Shown here: piece by piece, positions 1 through 12,520 of the stretch
Numbering within the stretch: position 1 is the stretch's first letter
Layout: every line of letters begins with the position of its first letter
Source: Centroscyllium fabricii
Taxonomy: Eukaryota
Direction of reading: 5' to 3'
NCBI GenBank assembly: GCA_051313645.2
Contig: JBNRSN020000003.1
Coordinates: forward strand, 497,674,001-497,738,000
Length of the DNA stretch: 64,000 nucleotides
The notes under the pieces: model-generated
Seen by the model: the letters and a program-made list of their open reading frames with translations, nothing else
What the model was told of the DNA's origin: nothing
Database searches by the model: none
Made by a program: the position numbers and the translations under genes

Positions 1-1183
1 GGGACGGGCTCCACCTGAACCAGGATGAGACCCGTGTCCTAGCAGAAAGGGTAAACAGGGAGGTGGCAAAGGCTTTAAACTAGTAAGATGGGGGGAAGGG
101 TCTACAAGAAATGTAACCAGCCTAATTATAAACAAAACAGGAAAAGAGAGCATAGGAAAGAATAAAGTATGGGAGTAGCTGTACTTATTAGGGATAACAT
201 AATGGCAGTGGAAAAAAGTGACACAGCTATTAGCAAGACAAAAATAGAATCCATATGGATAGAAATAAAATATAATAAAGGATCAATCACACTAATAAGC
301 ATAGTCTACAGACTAGCTAATAGTGGAAGGGAGGTGGTGGAAGAAATATGCAGACAAATTAGGGAAATGAGTAAAAAACATAGAATAATAATCAAGGGGG
401 ATTTCAACTACCCCAATATTAATTGGACAAAAGATGTAGGTAAAGGGGTTACAATGTGTACAGGACTCCTTTATAACCAAATATGTAAAAAGCCCAACAA
501 GGGAGGATTTGCCATTAGATCTAGTTATGGGTAATGAACCAGATCAGATAAGAGAAGTAAAAGTAGGGGAACATCTAGGCAATAGTGACCAGAATATAAT
601 ATGCTTTAAAATGATCATTGAGAAGGACATAAATATGACAAAAACCAGGGTAATAGATTGGAGAAAAGTTGATTTTGAGGGGCTGAGAATAGTATTTGTG
701 AAAATAAAATGGGCAACAATATTGGCAAACAATGATGTAGAGCAGCAATGAGAAACATTTAAAACAGTGTTCAACAGAGTGTAGGAAAAATATATTCCGC
801 TAAAAGGAAAGAACAAACTAAACACTAATTAGACTCCATGGATGAATAAAGCCATAAGGGAACAATTGAGAGTAAGGAACGAGGCAGACATTAAGTATGG
901 TGACAGCATGGGAGTGCATGATGAGAGAGAATATGAAGAGATTAGGAGAGAAGTAAAAAAAAACAACTGAGAATGCAAAGAGGAACTATGAACTTAAATA
1001 ATCAAGGAACATAAAGCAAAATAGTAAAATATTTTACAGGCACATCAATAAAAAAGAAAGGTTGGGATGGGAATAGGGCCATTAAGGGATAGACAGGATA
1101 ATACCACAGGTTACGATAGAGAGATGGCAGAAATATTAAATAATTATTTTGCTTCAGTATTTACTAGGGAGATAGAGCAGGTG

Positions 1184-1313
1184 GAAAAGCAAAATACTGC
1201 GGATGCTGGAAATCTGAAATAAAAACAGAAAATGCTGGAAATACTCAGCAGGTCAGGCAGCATCTGTGAGAGAGAAACAGAGTTAACGTTTCAGGTCGAT
1301 GACTGTTCATCAG
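1184..1313 (-). mobile_element. Penelope-like family B terminal fragment with hammerhead-like core, inserted in CR1
   Basis: Minus strand reads CTGATGA ACAGTC ATC GACCT GAAA CG TT. Flanked by near-duplicate GATAGAGCA(G/C)GTG. Confidence 0.7.
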
Positions 1314-2348
1314 ATAGAGCACGTGTACATGACATTGGATGATGAGATTAGTAATGGGATAAGTGCATTTAAAATAAAAAGATAGGATATCTTAAATAAA
1401 CTAATCAAACTCAAAGAAGATAAAACCCCTGGTCCGGATGGATCACATCCATACATTTTTAAAGAATCTAGGGAAGCGACAGCAGAGGCATTACTATACA
1501 TATTTAATAATTCCTTAGAAAAAGGTGTAGTGCCAGAGGACTGGCAGATAGCTAACATAATACCTACATTTAAGAAAGGGGATAGAACAAGTCCAGGGAA
1601 TTATACACCAGTTAGCTTAACATTGGTGGTAGAAAAAATAATGGAATTCCTATTAAAGGAGAAAATAGAAGAACATCTAGAAACCAAAAACATAGTAATG
1701 AATAGTCAACATGGAAAGAGAAAGTCTTGCTTGATCAACCTCATTGAATTTTTTGAGGAGGTAGCAGAGAGAGAGTAGACAATGGTAATGCAGTAGATGT
1801 AATTTATCTAGATTTTCAAAAAGCCTTCGATAAGGTTCCCCATAATAGACTGATGAACAAGGTCAGAGAACAAGCAGTTAGGAGACAAGTAGCAGAATGG
1901 ATAGCTAACTGGCTTCAAGACAGAAAGCAGAGAGTAGGGGTAAAAGTTCGCTATTCACAATGGCAGAAGGTAGGTAGTGGTGTTCCACAAGGATCAGTGC
2001 TGGGACCACTGTTGTTCACAATTTTAATTAATGATTTAGACTTTGGAATCACAAACACAATTTCTAAATTTGTAGATGACACCAAATTGGAGGGGGGGAT
2101 AGTCAATACTGAGGAGGACTGCAACAAATTACAGGAGGACATTAATAAACTTGCAGAATAGGCATGTAATTGGCAAATTAAGTTCAACACAGATAAATGT
2201 GAGGTATCACATTTTGGTAGGAAGAATAGGGAGGTCACTTATTACTTGGAGGAATCAAGTCTAGGTGGGGTAGAGGAACAAAGGGATCTCAGAGTACAAA
2301 TACACAAATCACTAAAAGTTGCGACACAGGTTAGCAAGGCCATAAAAG

Positions 2349-3390
2349 CAGCAAGAAGTCATACAACACCAGGTTATAGTCCAACAGCTTTATTTGCAAT
2401 CACAAGCTTTCTGAGCGTTGCTCCTTCATCAGGTGTACTAGAGATGCATAAAGACACAGCATATATAGTCAGAGAACAATGTAATCTTTCCAACTGCCCT
2501 TCATCACACCTCAGCAGAGAGACATTCATAGCAATCAAAGGTGTGAATGGTGTTATAAAAGGTCAGGCAGGCACCATCTGAAGAACAATGAAGTGGAGTC
2601 ACAAAGGGTCAAATGTTGCACCATCTGGGGTCTGTGTGAAAACCAACACAGAACAATTTAAAAAAAAGATTTTTCTTGCTGGAAATCGCAGCCAGTACAG
2701 CCGCATCTGTGTAGTGAGGACAAGCCAAAGATCACTCGAGTCTGGATGACTCTACATCAGGTGGGGTTACATATAGCCTGACATGAAGCCAAGATCTCGG
2801 TTGAGGCCGTGCTCTTGAGTGCGGAACTTGGCTATCAGTTTTTGATCGACGAACAAAAACTGATAGCCAAGTTCCGCACTCATGAGCACGGCCTCAACCG
2901 AGATCTTGGCTTCATATCACGCTACATGTAACCCCACCTGACGTAGAGTCATCCAGACTCGAGTCGTCTTTGGCTTGTCCTCACTACACAGATGCGGCTG
3001 TACTGGCTGCAATTTCCAGCAAGAAAAGTCTTTTTTTTTTATTGTTCTGTGTTGGTTTTCACACAGACCCCAGACTGTGCAACATTTGACCCTTTGTGAC
3101 TCCACTTCATTGTTCTTCGGATGGTGCCGGCCTGACTGACCTGTTTGAACACCATTCACACCTTTGATTGCTTTGAATGTCTCTCTGCCGAGGTGTGATG
3201 AAGGGCAGTTGGAAAGATTACACTCTTCCCCAACTATATATGCTGTGTCTTTATGCATCTCTAGTATACCTGATGAAGGAACAATGCTCCGAAAGCTTGT
3301 GATTGCAAATAAAACTGTTGGACTATAACCTGGTGTTGTGTGACTTCTTACATTTGTCCACCCCAGTCCAACACCGACACCTCCACATCA
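2349..3390. mobile_element. Penelope-like family A fold-back insertion (~500 bp inverted arms) inside CR1
   Basis: Arms ~2351-2843 and ~2852-3351 are reverse complements. 2851-2931 encodes EQKLIAKFRTHEHGLNRDLGFISRYM*, resembling the C-terminus of the Penelope GIY-YIG endonuclease. CATAAAAG is duplicated at the flanks and the CR1 frame resumes (KAIK|EANQA). Confidence 0.85.
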
Positions 3391-4484
3391 TAAAAGAAGC
3401 AAACCAAGCACTAGGGTTTATTTCTAGAGGGATAGAATTGAAAAGTAAGGAAGTTATGCTAAACCTGTATCGAACCTTGGTTAGACCACACTTAGAGTAC
3501 TGTGGACAGTTCTGGTCACCATGTTATATAAAGGATATAGAGGCACTAAAAAGGGTGCGGGGAAGATTTACAAGGATGATACCAGAAATGCGAAGGTATA
3601 CCTATCAGGAAAAGATGAACAGTCTGGGTCTCTTTACTCTTGCAAAAATAAGGCTGAGGGGTGACCTAATAGAGGTCTTTAAAATTATAAAAGGTTTTGA
3701 TAGTGTGGATACAGAGTGATTGTTTCCACTTGTGGGGAAGATCATAACTAGAGGCCATTGATATAAGATAGTCACCAAGAAATCCAATAGGGAATTCAGA
3801 AGAAACTTCTTTACCCAAAGAGTGGTGAGAATGTGGAACTCGCTACCACAGGGAGTGGTTGAAGCAAAAGGTATAGATGCATTTAAGAGGGGGATAGACA
3901 AGCATAGGAGGGAGAAGGGAATAGAGGGTTATGCTGATAGATTTAGATGAGGAAAGGCAGGAGGAGGCTCGAGTGGAGCATAAACACTGGCACGGACTGG
4001 TTGGACGGAATGGCCTGTTTCTGTGCCATATACCTGTATCCTATGTGATCCTATGTAATCCTACGATTCACTACCACATTTTGTTTAGTTTATTTATAAT
4101 AAAGTACATTAGGTTTCAACTTTGGCACATATCCCTTGAATATTTTCATTTCTTAGTAGAAAATTTCAGTAGACCTTTTTTAACCACAGCCAATAATATG
4201 ATCTGACTACCTTAACACACAGGTCTACTTCTACCTACACCATCAAAAACGCAATTTTGATTTGACACCTTGCCGACTGCCATATCAGTGCTTGGATATT
4301 GATTGAAGTCAAAATCAAACCAGATGTGTGCATTATTTGCACAAATAATCTTACAATGCAACATCTTTTTGTTATGCCTAAGATGTTATGCTACAAATCC
4401 CAACTTGAAAAACTGTGATCCAGATATAGGTACACCAAAGCAAAAGTGAACACCTAGTCAGCATCTGGGTAGCTCCCATGGAGA

Positions 4485-4737
4485 CAGTCCAAAGATGTGC
4501 AGGTTGGGTTAATTGGCCAGGATAAATTGACCCTTAGTGTTAGGGGGTTAAATATGTGGGGTTACGGGGATAGGGTGGGATATGTGTCGATGCAGGCTTG
4601 ATAGGGATATGGGGAGAGGGCAGGGACGGGGTGCTGGGTTTGGATGATCAGCCATGATCTCATTGAATGGCGGAGCAGGCTCGAAGGGCCGAATGGCCTA
4701 CTCCTGCTCCTAGTTTCTATGTTTCTATGTTTCTATG
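4485..4737 (+). mobile_element. 5'-truncated HE1/mermaid-like SINE with CR1-type tail
   Basis: CAGTCCAAAGATGTGC...GATTGGC central domain. Tail AATGGCCTACTCCTGCTCCT followed by (TTTCTATG)n. Confidence 0.75.
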
Positions 4738-5052
4738 AGACAGTACAATATCACATTGAACAGAAGATATACAGAAACGTTTCAGCTGGAAAGGCAGATA
4801 TTGAAACATTATTCTACAACCACAAATTAAGAACAGCAGTTTCTAATCTTTATGACAAAACTATGGAAGATCATACTATTGAGAAAGTACACCCGCAAAC
4901 AAAATGATAAGCAGGCATATTAACGAGGAAGACTTGTAACAGTGAACGTTCTCAGTTCTATAGCAGCTAGCAAAGATGGATTCCTATATATGGCCCTGCT
5001 TTTTGCACTGTGCCTCCGTTATACATCATGAACGACACTAAATCAAATAATT

Positions 5053-5186
5053 GGGGTGGATTTTAACTTGCCAACCATGCATAAAGTTAGCACTGCGGTT
5101 GGGCCACCAATTACACAGATTGCCTGATTTTTATTTTCATCCCCAACACCGGTTTTATGCCCAGATGGTAAGTTGAAAATCTACCC
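5053..5186. mobile_element. Small MITE with imperfect TIRs (Harbinger-like termini)
   Basis: GGGTGGATTTTAACTTGCCA ... TGGTAAGTTGAAAATCTACCC. Confidence 0.5.
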
Positions 5187-5189
5187 AAA

Positions 5190-6865
5190 TCATAGAATCA
5201 TAGAAATTTTACAGTGCGGATAAGGGCCATTCGGCCCATCCAGTCCGCACCGGCCCAGAAAAACTCCTCACTGTACTAACCCCAGTTGCCCGCACCTGGC
5301 CCATAACCCTGTATGTTATGGTCCTTCATGTGCTGGTCCAAGTATTTTTTAAATGTTGTGATGGTTCCTGCCTCCACCACCCTCACAGGCAGGGAGTTCC
5401 AGTCTTCCACCACCCTCTGGGTAAAGAAATTTCTCCTTACCTCCCCCCTAAACCTCCCCCCCCTGATCTTGAATCTATGTCCCCTAGTGCTTGACTCTCC
5501 CACCAGGGGAAACAATGCACCTTTGTCTACCCTATCGTGTCCCCTCATGATCTTGTACACCTCAATCATGTCACCCCTCCACCTTCTCTTCTCCAAGGCA
5601 AACAACCCCAGCCTGTCCAGCCTTTCCTCGTAGCACAGGTCCCCCAGACCAGGTATCATCCTGGTAAACCTTCTCTGCACCCTCTCCAGGGCAGCCACAT
5701 CCTTCCTGTAGTGCGGTGACCAGAACTGCACACAGTACTCCAGCTGAGGTCTCACCAGTGTGTTATACAAGTTTAACATTACCTCCCTACTTTTGTATAC
5801 TATGCCCTGGTTAATAAAGGCGAGAATTCCGTATGCCTTCTTAACTACCTTGTTAACGTGTCCAGCAACCTTCAGGGAGCTGTGCACCTGTACCCCCAGG
5901 TCCCTCTGTTCCTCGGTCCTATTTAACGTTTTGTTGTTCATGGTATATTCCCTTACCCCATTTGGTCTACCGAATTGTATGACCTCGCATTTCTCTGGGT
6001 TGAACTCCATTTGCCATTTTTCTGCCCAATTAACCATTATATCTATATCCTCCTGAAGCCCCTTACTATCCTCATCGTTGTTTACCACCCTTCCGATTTT
6101 CGTATCATCAGCGAATTTGCTGATCGTACCCCCTACTCCCATATCCAAATCGTTGATGTATACTAGAAACAGTAAGGGTCCCAAAACCGATCCTTGGGGG
6201 ACGCCACTGGTTACTGGTTTCCAGTCACAGAAGCAGCCCTCTACCATTACCCTTTGTCTCCTATCCCCCAGCCAATTTTCGATCCACTGTGCCAAGTTAC
6301 CCTGTATCCCGTGCGCTCTAACCTTTGTTATTAGTCTCCTATGTGGGACTTTATCAAAAGCTTTGCTAAAGTCCATATACACTACGTCCACAGTACTCCC
6401 TTCATCCACCCTCTTTGTTACCTCCTCAAAGAATTCCAACAAATTGGTCAGGCACGACTTACCTTTGACGAAGCCATGCTGACTGTCTCTTATTAGACCT
6501 TGGTTGTCCAAATGCGAACTGATTTTATCCCTCAGAATTTTTTCCATTACTTTCCCCACTACAGATGTAAGACTGATTGGCCTGTAGTTGCCCGGTTTGT
6601 CCCTACTACCCTTTTTAAACAGGGGTACTACATTAGCCGTTCTCCAGTCCTCAGGTACATCCCCTGACGCGAGAGAGGTCCTGAAGATTTGAGACAGGGG
6701 ACCCGCAAGCTCCTCCCTGGCCTCGAACAGCAGCCTGGGGAACATTGCGTCCGGCCCTGGTGATTTGTCCACCTTTAAGCCTCCCAAGATTTCTAGAACT
6801 TCTTCCCTTGTAATGGTAATATCCTCAATTACCCCCCCTACATTCTGTCCGATTTCGATGTCATG
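5190..6865 (-). mobile_element. 5'-truncated CR1 LINE with uninterrupted RT reading frame
   Basis: ORF 6787-5276 (503 aa) with KSPGPD, NYRPISLTS, DFSKAFD, GVPQGSVLGPLLF, FADD motifs. 3' tail (TTCTATGA)n seen as catagaatcatagaa at ~5191-5205. Confidence 0.95.
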
Positions 6866-7211
6866 AATATGTCATGAACTTTCATTATTAGCAATATAGA
6901 TACAAAGGCAAATAGAAAGTATCACCAAAAGATACAGTTATGCTGCCATTTTAACATAACTGCATCTTTTAGTGATACTTTCTATTTGCCTTTGTGGTTT
7001 GAGATGCATATACCTATAATTGACAACATAACTTGGCAATCAGATCCTAACCAGGCTCCGAAGTGCACTAAAGCCAAGCGATGTTAAATCCCTGCCAAGA
7101 GACCATTTCACACTCATTTGAGTTTACACGTGGTGCATTATAACTCCAGCCAGAGCAAAGCTGCACTTTTTTAAATGTCCAGGTGATCCCATTTACTTTT
7201 TGATGTTTTTA

Positions 7212-7925
7212 ATGGGAGGAGAAGGTGGACAGAAGACACACCCCCATCTTCATCCAAGGGGCTGAGGTGGAAAGGGTGTCCAGCTTCAAGTTCCTAGGGG
7301 TCCACATCTCGGAAGATCTCTCCTGGTCACTAAACACCTCCTCTCTGGTTAAGAAGGCCCAACAGCGCCTGTACTTCCTAAGGAAGCTGAAGAAAGCCAG
7401 GCTGTCATCCGGCATCCTCTCCAACTTCTACCGCTGCACAATAGAAAGCATACTGACAAGCTGCATCACTGTCTGGTATGGTAATTGCACTATCTCGGAC
7501 CGGAAAACCTTGCAGCGGGTAGTCAAAACTGCCCAACGAATTACCGGTACACAGCTACCGTCAATGGAAAGCATCTACCTCAAACGCTGCTTACGGAGGT
7601 CTATGAACATTATTAAAGACCCCACACACCCCAGCCACAGTCTGTTCGCCCCCCTGCCCTCCGGGAGACGCTACAGAGCAATTTGCACCCGCACGACTAG
7701 ATTCAAGAACAGCTTCTTCCCCAGGGCTGTTAGCCTCCTGAACTCTAAAAAGAAACTCCGGTACCTGCACACCTGAAAATGTACTTTACTGTATGCATTT
7801 TGCATGTAATTTATTTATTTTATTTGCACTACTCTCGGGAGATCGAGTCTTCGTCTCGTTGTATTGTACTAGTACTCTGCAATGACAATAAAACTTGAAT
7901 TTGATTTGAATTTGATTTGATTTGT
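7212..7925 (+). mobile_element. 3' fragment of Rex1/Babar-like non-LTR retrotransposon
   Basis: ORF 7225-7776 with FKFLGVHISEDLSW, KKAQQRLYFLRKL, FYRCTIESILT, LPSGRRYR, RFKNSFFP. AATAAA followed by (TTGA(A/T)T)n tail at ~7887-7924. Confidence 0.85.
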
Positions 7926-10900
7926 GTTAAATTAACTTTCGTGGGACCACCCTGGCATGCATACCAAAACCTCCTTCCTCTCTGATCTCAGAGCAACCTG
8001 CAGTCAGTAGTATAACTCTGGTCTGCCAACTGTGCTTCACATTCTACAAATTAGACGGTTAGCTTGAGTATGACTAAGGACAGTATCTGTTGGCTGCTGT
8101 ACACTGTCAGAAGACTCTTGTTACACTATAGACTGATTTCAGTGTGACTGGAGCAGCAACAGTAATAATCTGCTCATATCCTCATATGTGCTTTGCAGTA
8201 TGTTGAGTTCCCAGCAGCTAGTTAGAAAATGTGTGTGTGGGAGCATCTATTCTTCTGTAACATTAAAAAGGTTCCATGTTAAGTTTTGAAAGTACCCAGA
8301 CAGTCTAATGGACCATCTAGGCATGTTTAAAATGAGGCTTCACACTGGATTTGAGTTTTACTAAAGAAGGTGCAAGTTTGAGATGGCATCTTGGAGAAAG
8401 TTTTGCTTAGCTTTAGTGCGGTTACTCTGTTGCTCGAGTGAGTTATACTGAGTTTACGCTTCACAGTGTACCTGATACTACTTAACGTCAACACAGAAGA
8501 GATAATATAACTGTTCCCCAGAACTGCCAAACATCAATGGAGATCTTGCTGTTGGCTCCATTTTTTCAGATCTAAAGAAGAATGGTAAAGGATAGTTAAG
8601 AAAACAGTTTAAACTAGAAAAGGGAATAGGTACACAGCTATTGTTGAAATTATAAAAAGTGTCAGTACATGTAACATAGAGGAGGGAAATCTGGAATAAT
8701 TAACATGTGTAATATTGATCAATTTGCATTATGAAAGTTGAAAATCGTGGCCCTTTTTAAGAAAAATATACAATTGTATTAGAGCATATAAATAAATCAT
8801 AGAATATAACTGCTCAGAAGTTAATTTGATTTTGTTGCATTTGAAAGCATTGTTAGATTAATGATACATTACTGGAATTTACACCAAAAGAAAACTGTTT
8901 AAAAGGCTGTTCAATCCAAAACGTGATTATACAGTGTCGGCTCTGTAAGTGTTTGAAAACAGCAGAAAGTGATGCAGTTTAAACCATAATAACAGCTTGA
9001 CTCACTGAATGTGTCGTACGACGTGAGTTTCCTCTTTGTTTCTGTTCTGGTAGCGAATTAATAGGGAATTAGATTGACAAAGGTAGATCATGACATATGT
9101 TTGATTTAGTATCGTCTGAGATCTGTAACAGAACCACAAACTTTGTCACTGAAGTCAGAGAAATTAGATACATTTAACTATTGTCAGCAATCTGTGTATC
9201 GCATTCCCTCAGCACACAGTATTTAGTGATCTGGTAACAAATACAGGTATGTATTAAGTGCCCGTTCTACCGTGTATTTTAAATAATAGTTTTTCCATAA
9301 TAAAACTAATTCATCATATGCAGAAATACTTCATTAGCACATAAACTTCGATATACACGTATTCATTTTTTTAAACCTGGAGGCATTCTTTGACAATCTA
9401 ACTAAATATGTTATTAATGAAAGCCGATTTCAGGTAAAATCCACACAAGGTCAAAATCGGCTGTTTAATAATTTGTAGTGTTGATGATAGCGTTGCTGGC
9501 TGTTGAGATTAGGTGGTTAAACAAGATCGACTCCTTTGGTATTCACTCTGTTATGGGTCAGTGCTTCAGTCAAAAAATGCAGCACTAGTCATAAGTGGAA
9601 TTTGCATAGGTGAAAGCAAAGTGCTGATGCAAGCCAGAGCAGTCAAGTATTGTTAATGACAAACACAGTACATGAGCAGAATGCATATTTAATTTACAAA
9701 ATGTGGAATTGGGGACAAAATTGAGGCTATGCATCACAGCGGCGATTTTTGTTAAGTATAAAGCTCGCAGAAAAGGTACAGTACTTGCAAATAAGTACAG
9801 CACAATAATTTTAATCCCAAGCAATTGTAAAACTAATGGACAGCAATTTGTTAGGATTTCAGCCAAACTGAACACTTTTCAAATAATACATTACAACTGC
9901 ATGCTTCTAGGTAGTTTAATTGCGTGTGTGTGTGTGTGTGTGTGCTGGACATCCAGTACACATCTCTTGGTTTTTTTTAAAAATTGTTTAAATTGCAAAT
10001 TCTGTTACTTGAATATGATTGAGTCTCGAAATAAGAAATGCTACTGAAAGTGAACTTGATTTTACTGGAGTGTGCGAGAGTCTGAGCGAGAAATTGCAAG
10101 TATTCTGCACCTGTCTTTATGTTTGCGTGCGATCTGTGTGCGCTTGAGTTACATGTGGGAGAGTGTGTCTGTAGGTCTGTGTGTATGTGTGTGGGAGGGT
10201 CACCCCTGCGCGCGTTAGACAGCGGTGTCTTTATCTGAAAGAGGTATCTGTGCTATTGTGTGCTGTATCATTAGCTGTTAGCCCCCATCATCCATACTTC
10301 TCCGGGGGGGGGGGGGTGCCCTGCAGGACCAGGGACAACTCCTGGACGCCTATTGATGTTTCTTGTGCAGGTATGTAGGCACTTCGTGCGGTGCAGTCTT
10401 ACCTTCAGGGCTGACTTCCTTACAATTAGATTGCAATCTTTTATCTTGTGAGGCAATAAGATATGGTAATCAAATGAAGACCCTGAATATAATTGTTTCA
10501 GTTCGAAGTACAACTTTCGATGACGCGCACCGATGCAGGAAGTCTGCTGTACATCAGTGCCTTCTTTTGGCTTTCCACGCTGATGTGTGAACCTATGAAT
10601 TGTATTGGTTGAAGGAATAGTTGAGAATTTTCAGGGGGAACGCATTGTAAGTAGAATGCTAATTGGGGTGCTACCAAACAATACGGTTGCTGAATTATGC
10701 ACAGATGATTCGTTTTTGCATCACGTGATGTAGAAACTAATCATGAAGTGCAATATTCCACAATAACACACAGTCACATGAAAAGACCAGGAACTGGGGT
10801 GAAAGCATCACTTTATATACATTTATACATATACCCAATGAATAGTATACCTTTATCTTTACAATGTGCTGCCTGTGGCATTATTCCAAACATCACGCCC

Positions 10901-12019
10901 AGTGTTGTGTCATTAAATTCAGGAAAAAAAAGTCTGCACTTCATTTAATATTTTAAAATAATATAGGTTAGTTTCAACATGAACACGAAAGTTGATGCAT
11001 ATCGAGATGTTGGGCAGGTTAACACGTTGATGGGGTTGGTTTATGCATTTGGCAACGGAAATGCGCCAACGTGATATTGAAAACAAAAATAAATTCCTGT
11101 CAGGCACTGGTTCACACAAGACTGGAATACAGTATAACATCGTCAGCAATAGTCTCACATTAAAATAGTGAACCCAGCATATGTTATATTTAGTTTTACA
11201 AGGTGATACTTGTTAAAAAATTTAATTGTATGTTTAATTCCATTTTGCTAAAGGGCAGTGGGTAAGCTTTCCCATTTTGTATTAAAAATGTAAATTTTTT
11301 AACACATTTGCATGTACTGAAAACCGGTCATACATTTTCCCATAATGTGCTACACAGTACAAAATATGATTTCGAGGCAGGAAAATAGATTAATTAAGGC
11401 ATATTTTACTATTTAACATTGAATTCATTTCAGAATATTGAGCTGAACTTAAAGCAAAATGTCTTTCATCCGCTTTTGCTTGTATTTGATTACGAGCAAT
11501 CACAGAGGGTATTTACATAAATATATCATGTAAATATTTGGTATTGTTTCCATTTTAATGCGCCGTTGGAAAGTTCACAATGCTGAAACACGTGGCCTTA
11601 ACAATGCTCTTGGAGGTCACTTGGCATGATGGACACTGAGGCCTTAATCTTTGTAACCAACTTTCACTGCAAATTCCAAATAAATCATGATCACACCTAT
11701 TGGTGCCAATTAACACCTTTTATATTAATTCACCCAGCCTGGTGTGGAAAAAAAACTTAACATCTTAATGTTTAATTAGCATAGGAAGTGCACACCAAAT
11801 TACTGCCATTCTGTCGTGATACAAGCATAGGAGAAATACCACCACACAGATCTGTGATCCCTGGTTTCCCCGTGTTAGCTGGCTTTTGTAAGATCCATTG
11901 CGAACATCACTGTTCCATTTGCTTGGGTGGATCGAAGTTTTACACGGCAAATGCGATTGGAAAATTGGAGCGGTCTAAAAGTATGTTACTTCCCTACAAA
12001 TATAATGATAACTACAAGC

Positions 12020-12520
12020 ATATAAGAACACAAGAACACAAGGAGCAGGAGTAGGCCATACCGCCTCTCGTGCCTGCTCTGCCATTCAATAGGATCATGG
12101 CTGATCCGAACTTGGATTCACGTCCACTTCCCTGCCCATTCCCCATAACCCCTTATTCCCCTATCACGTCCGAAGCTGTCTATTTCCAATTTACATTTAT
12201 TTAATGTCCCAGCTTCCACAGCTCGCTGAGGCAACAAATTCCAGACTCACCACCCTCTGAGTGAAGAAATTCCTCCTCATCTCAGTTTTGAAAGGGCAGC
12301 CCCTTATTCTCAGATTATGTCCCCTAGTTCTAGTCTCACCCATCAGCGGAAACATCCTCACCGCATCCACCCGATCAAGCCCCCCTCACAATCTTAGATG
12401 TTTCGATAAGATCGCCTCTCACTCTTCTGAACTCCAATGAGTAGAGGCCCAACCTACTCAACCTTTCCTCATAATTCAACCCCCTCATCTCTGGAATCAA
12501 CCGAGTAAATCTTCTTTGTA
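12020..12520 (-). mobile_element. CR1 LINE 3' end fragment
   Basis: Tail (AAGAAC)n plus AGGAGCAGGAGTAGGCC. Minus strand resembles the CR1 ORF2 end seen in the other copies (AGGAGGAATTTCTTCACTCAGAGGGTGGTGAG). Confidence 0.8.

Larger units (their letters stand above)
1..4063 (+). mobile_element. Degenerate CR1-clade LINE (end of ORF1, broken ORF2 endonuclease/RT, 3' tail), interrupted by two Penelope-like insertions
   Basis: 3-83 encodes DGLHLN...ALN* (CR1 ORF1 esterase-like end). ORF2 fragments GDFNYPNINW, PEDWQIAN, GVPQGSVLGPLLF, FVDDTK, LVRPHLEYC with many stops and frameshifts. 3' tail (ATCCTATGT)n near 4037-4063. Confidence 0.93.
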
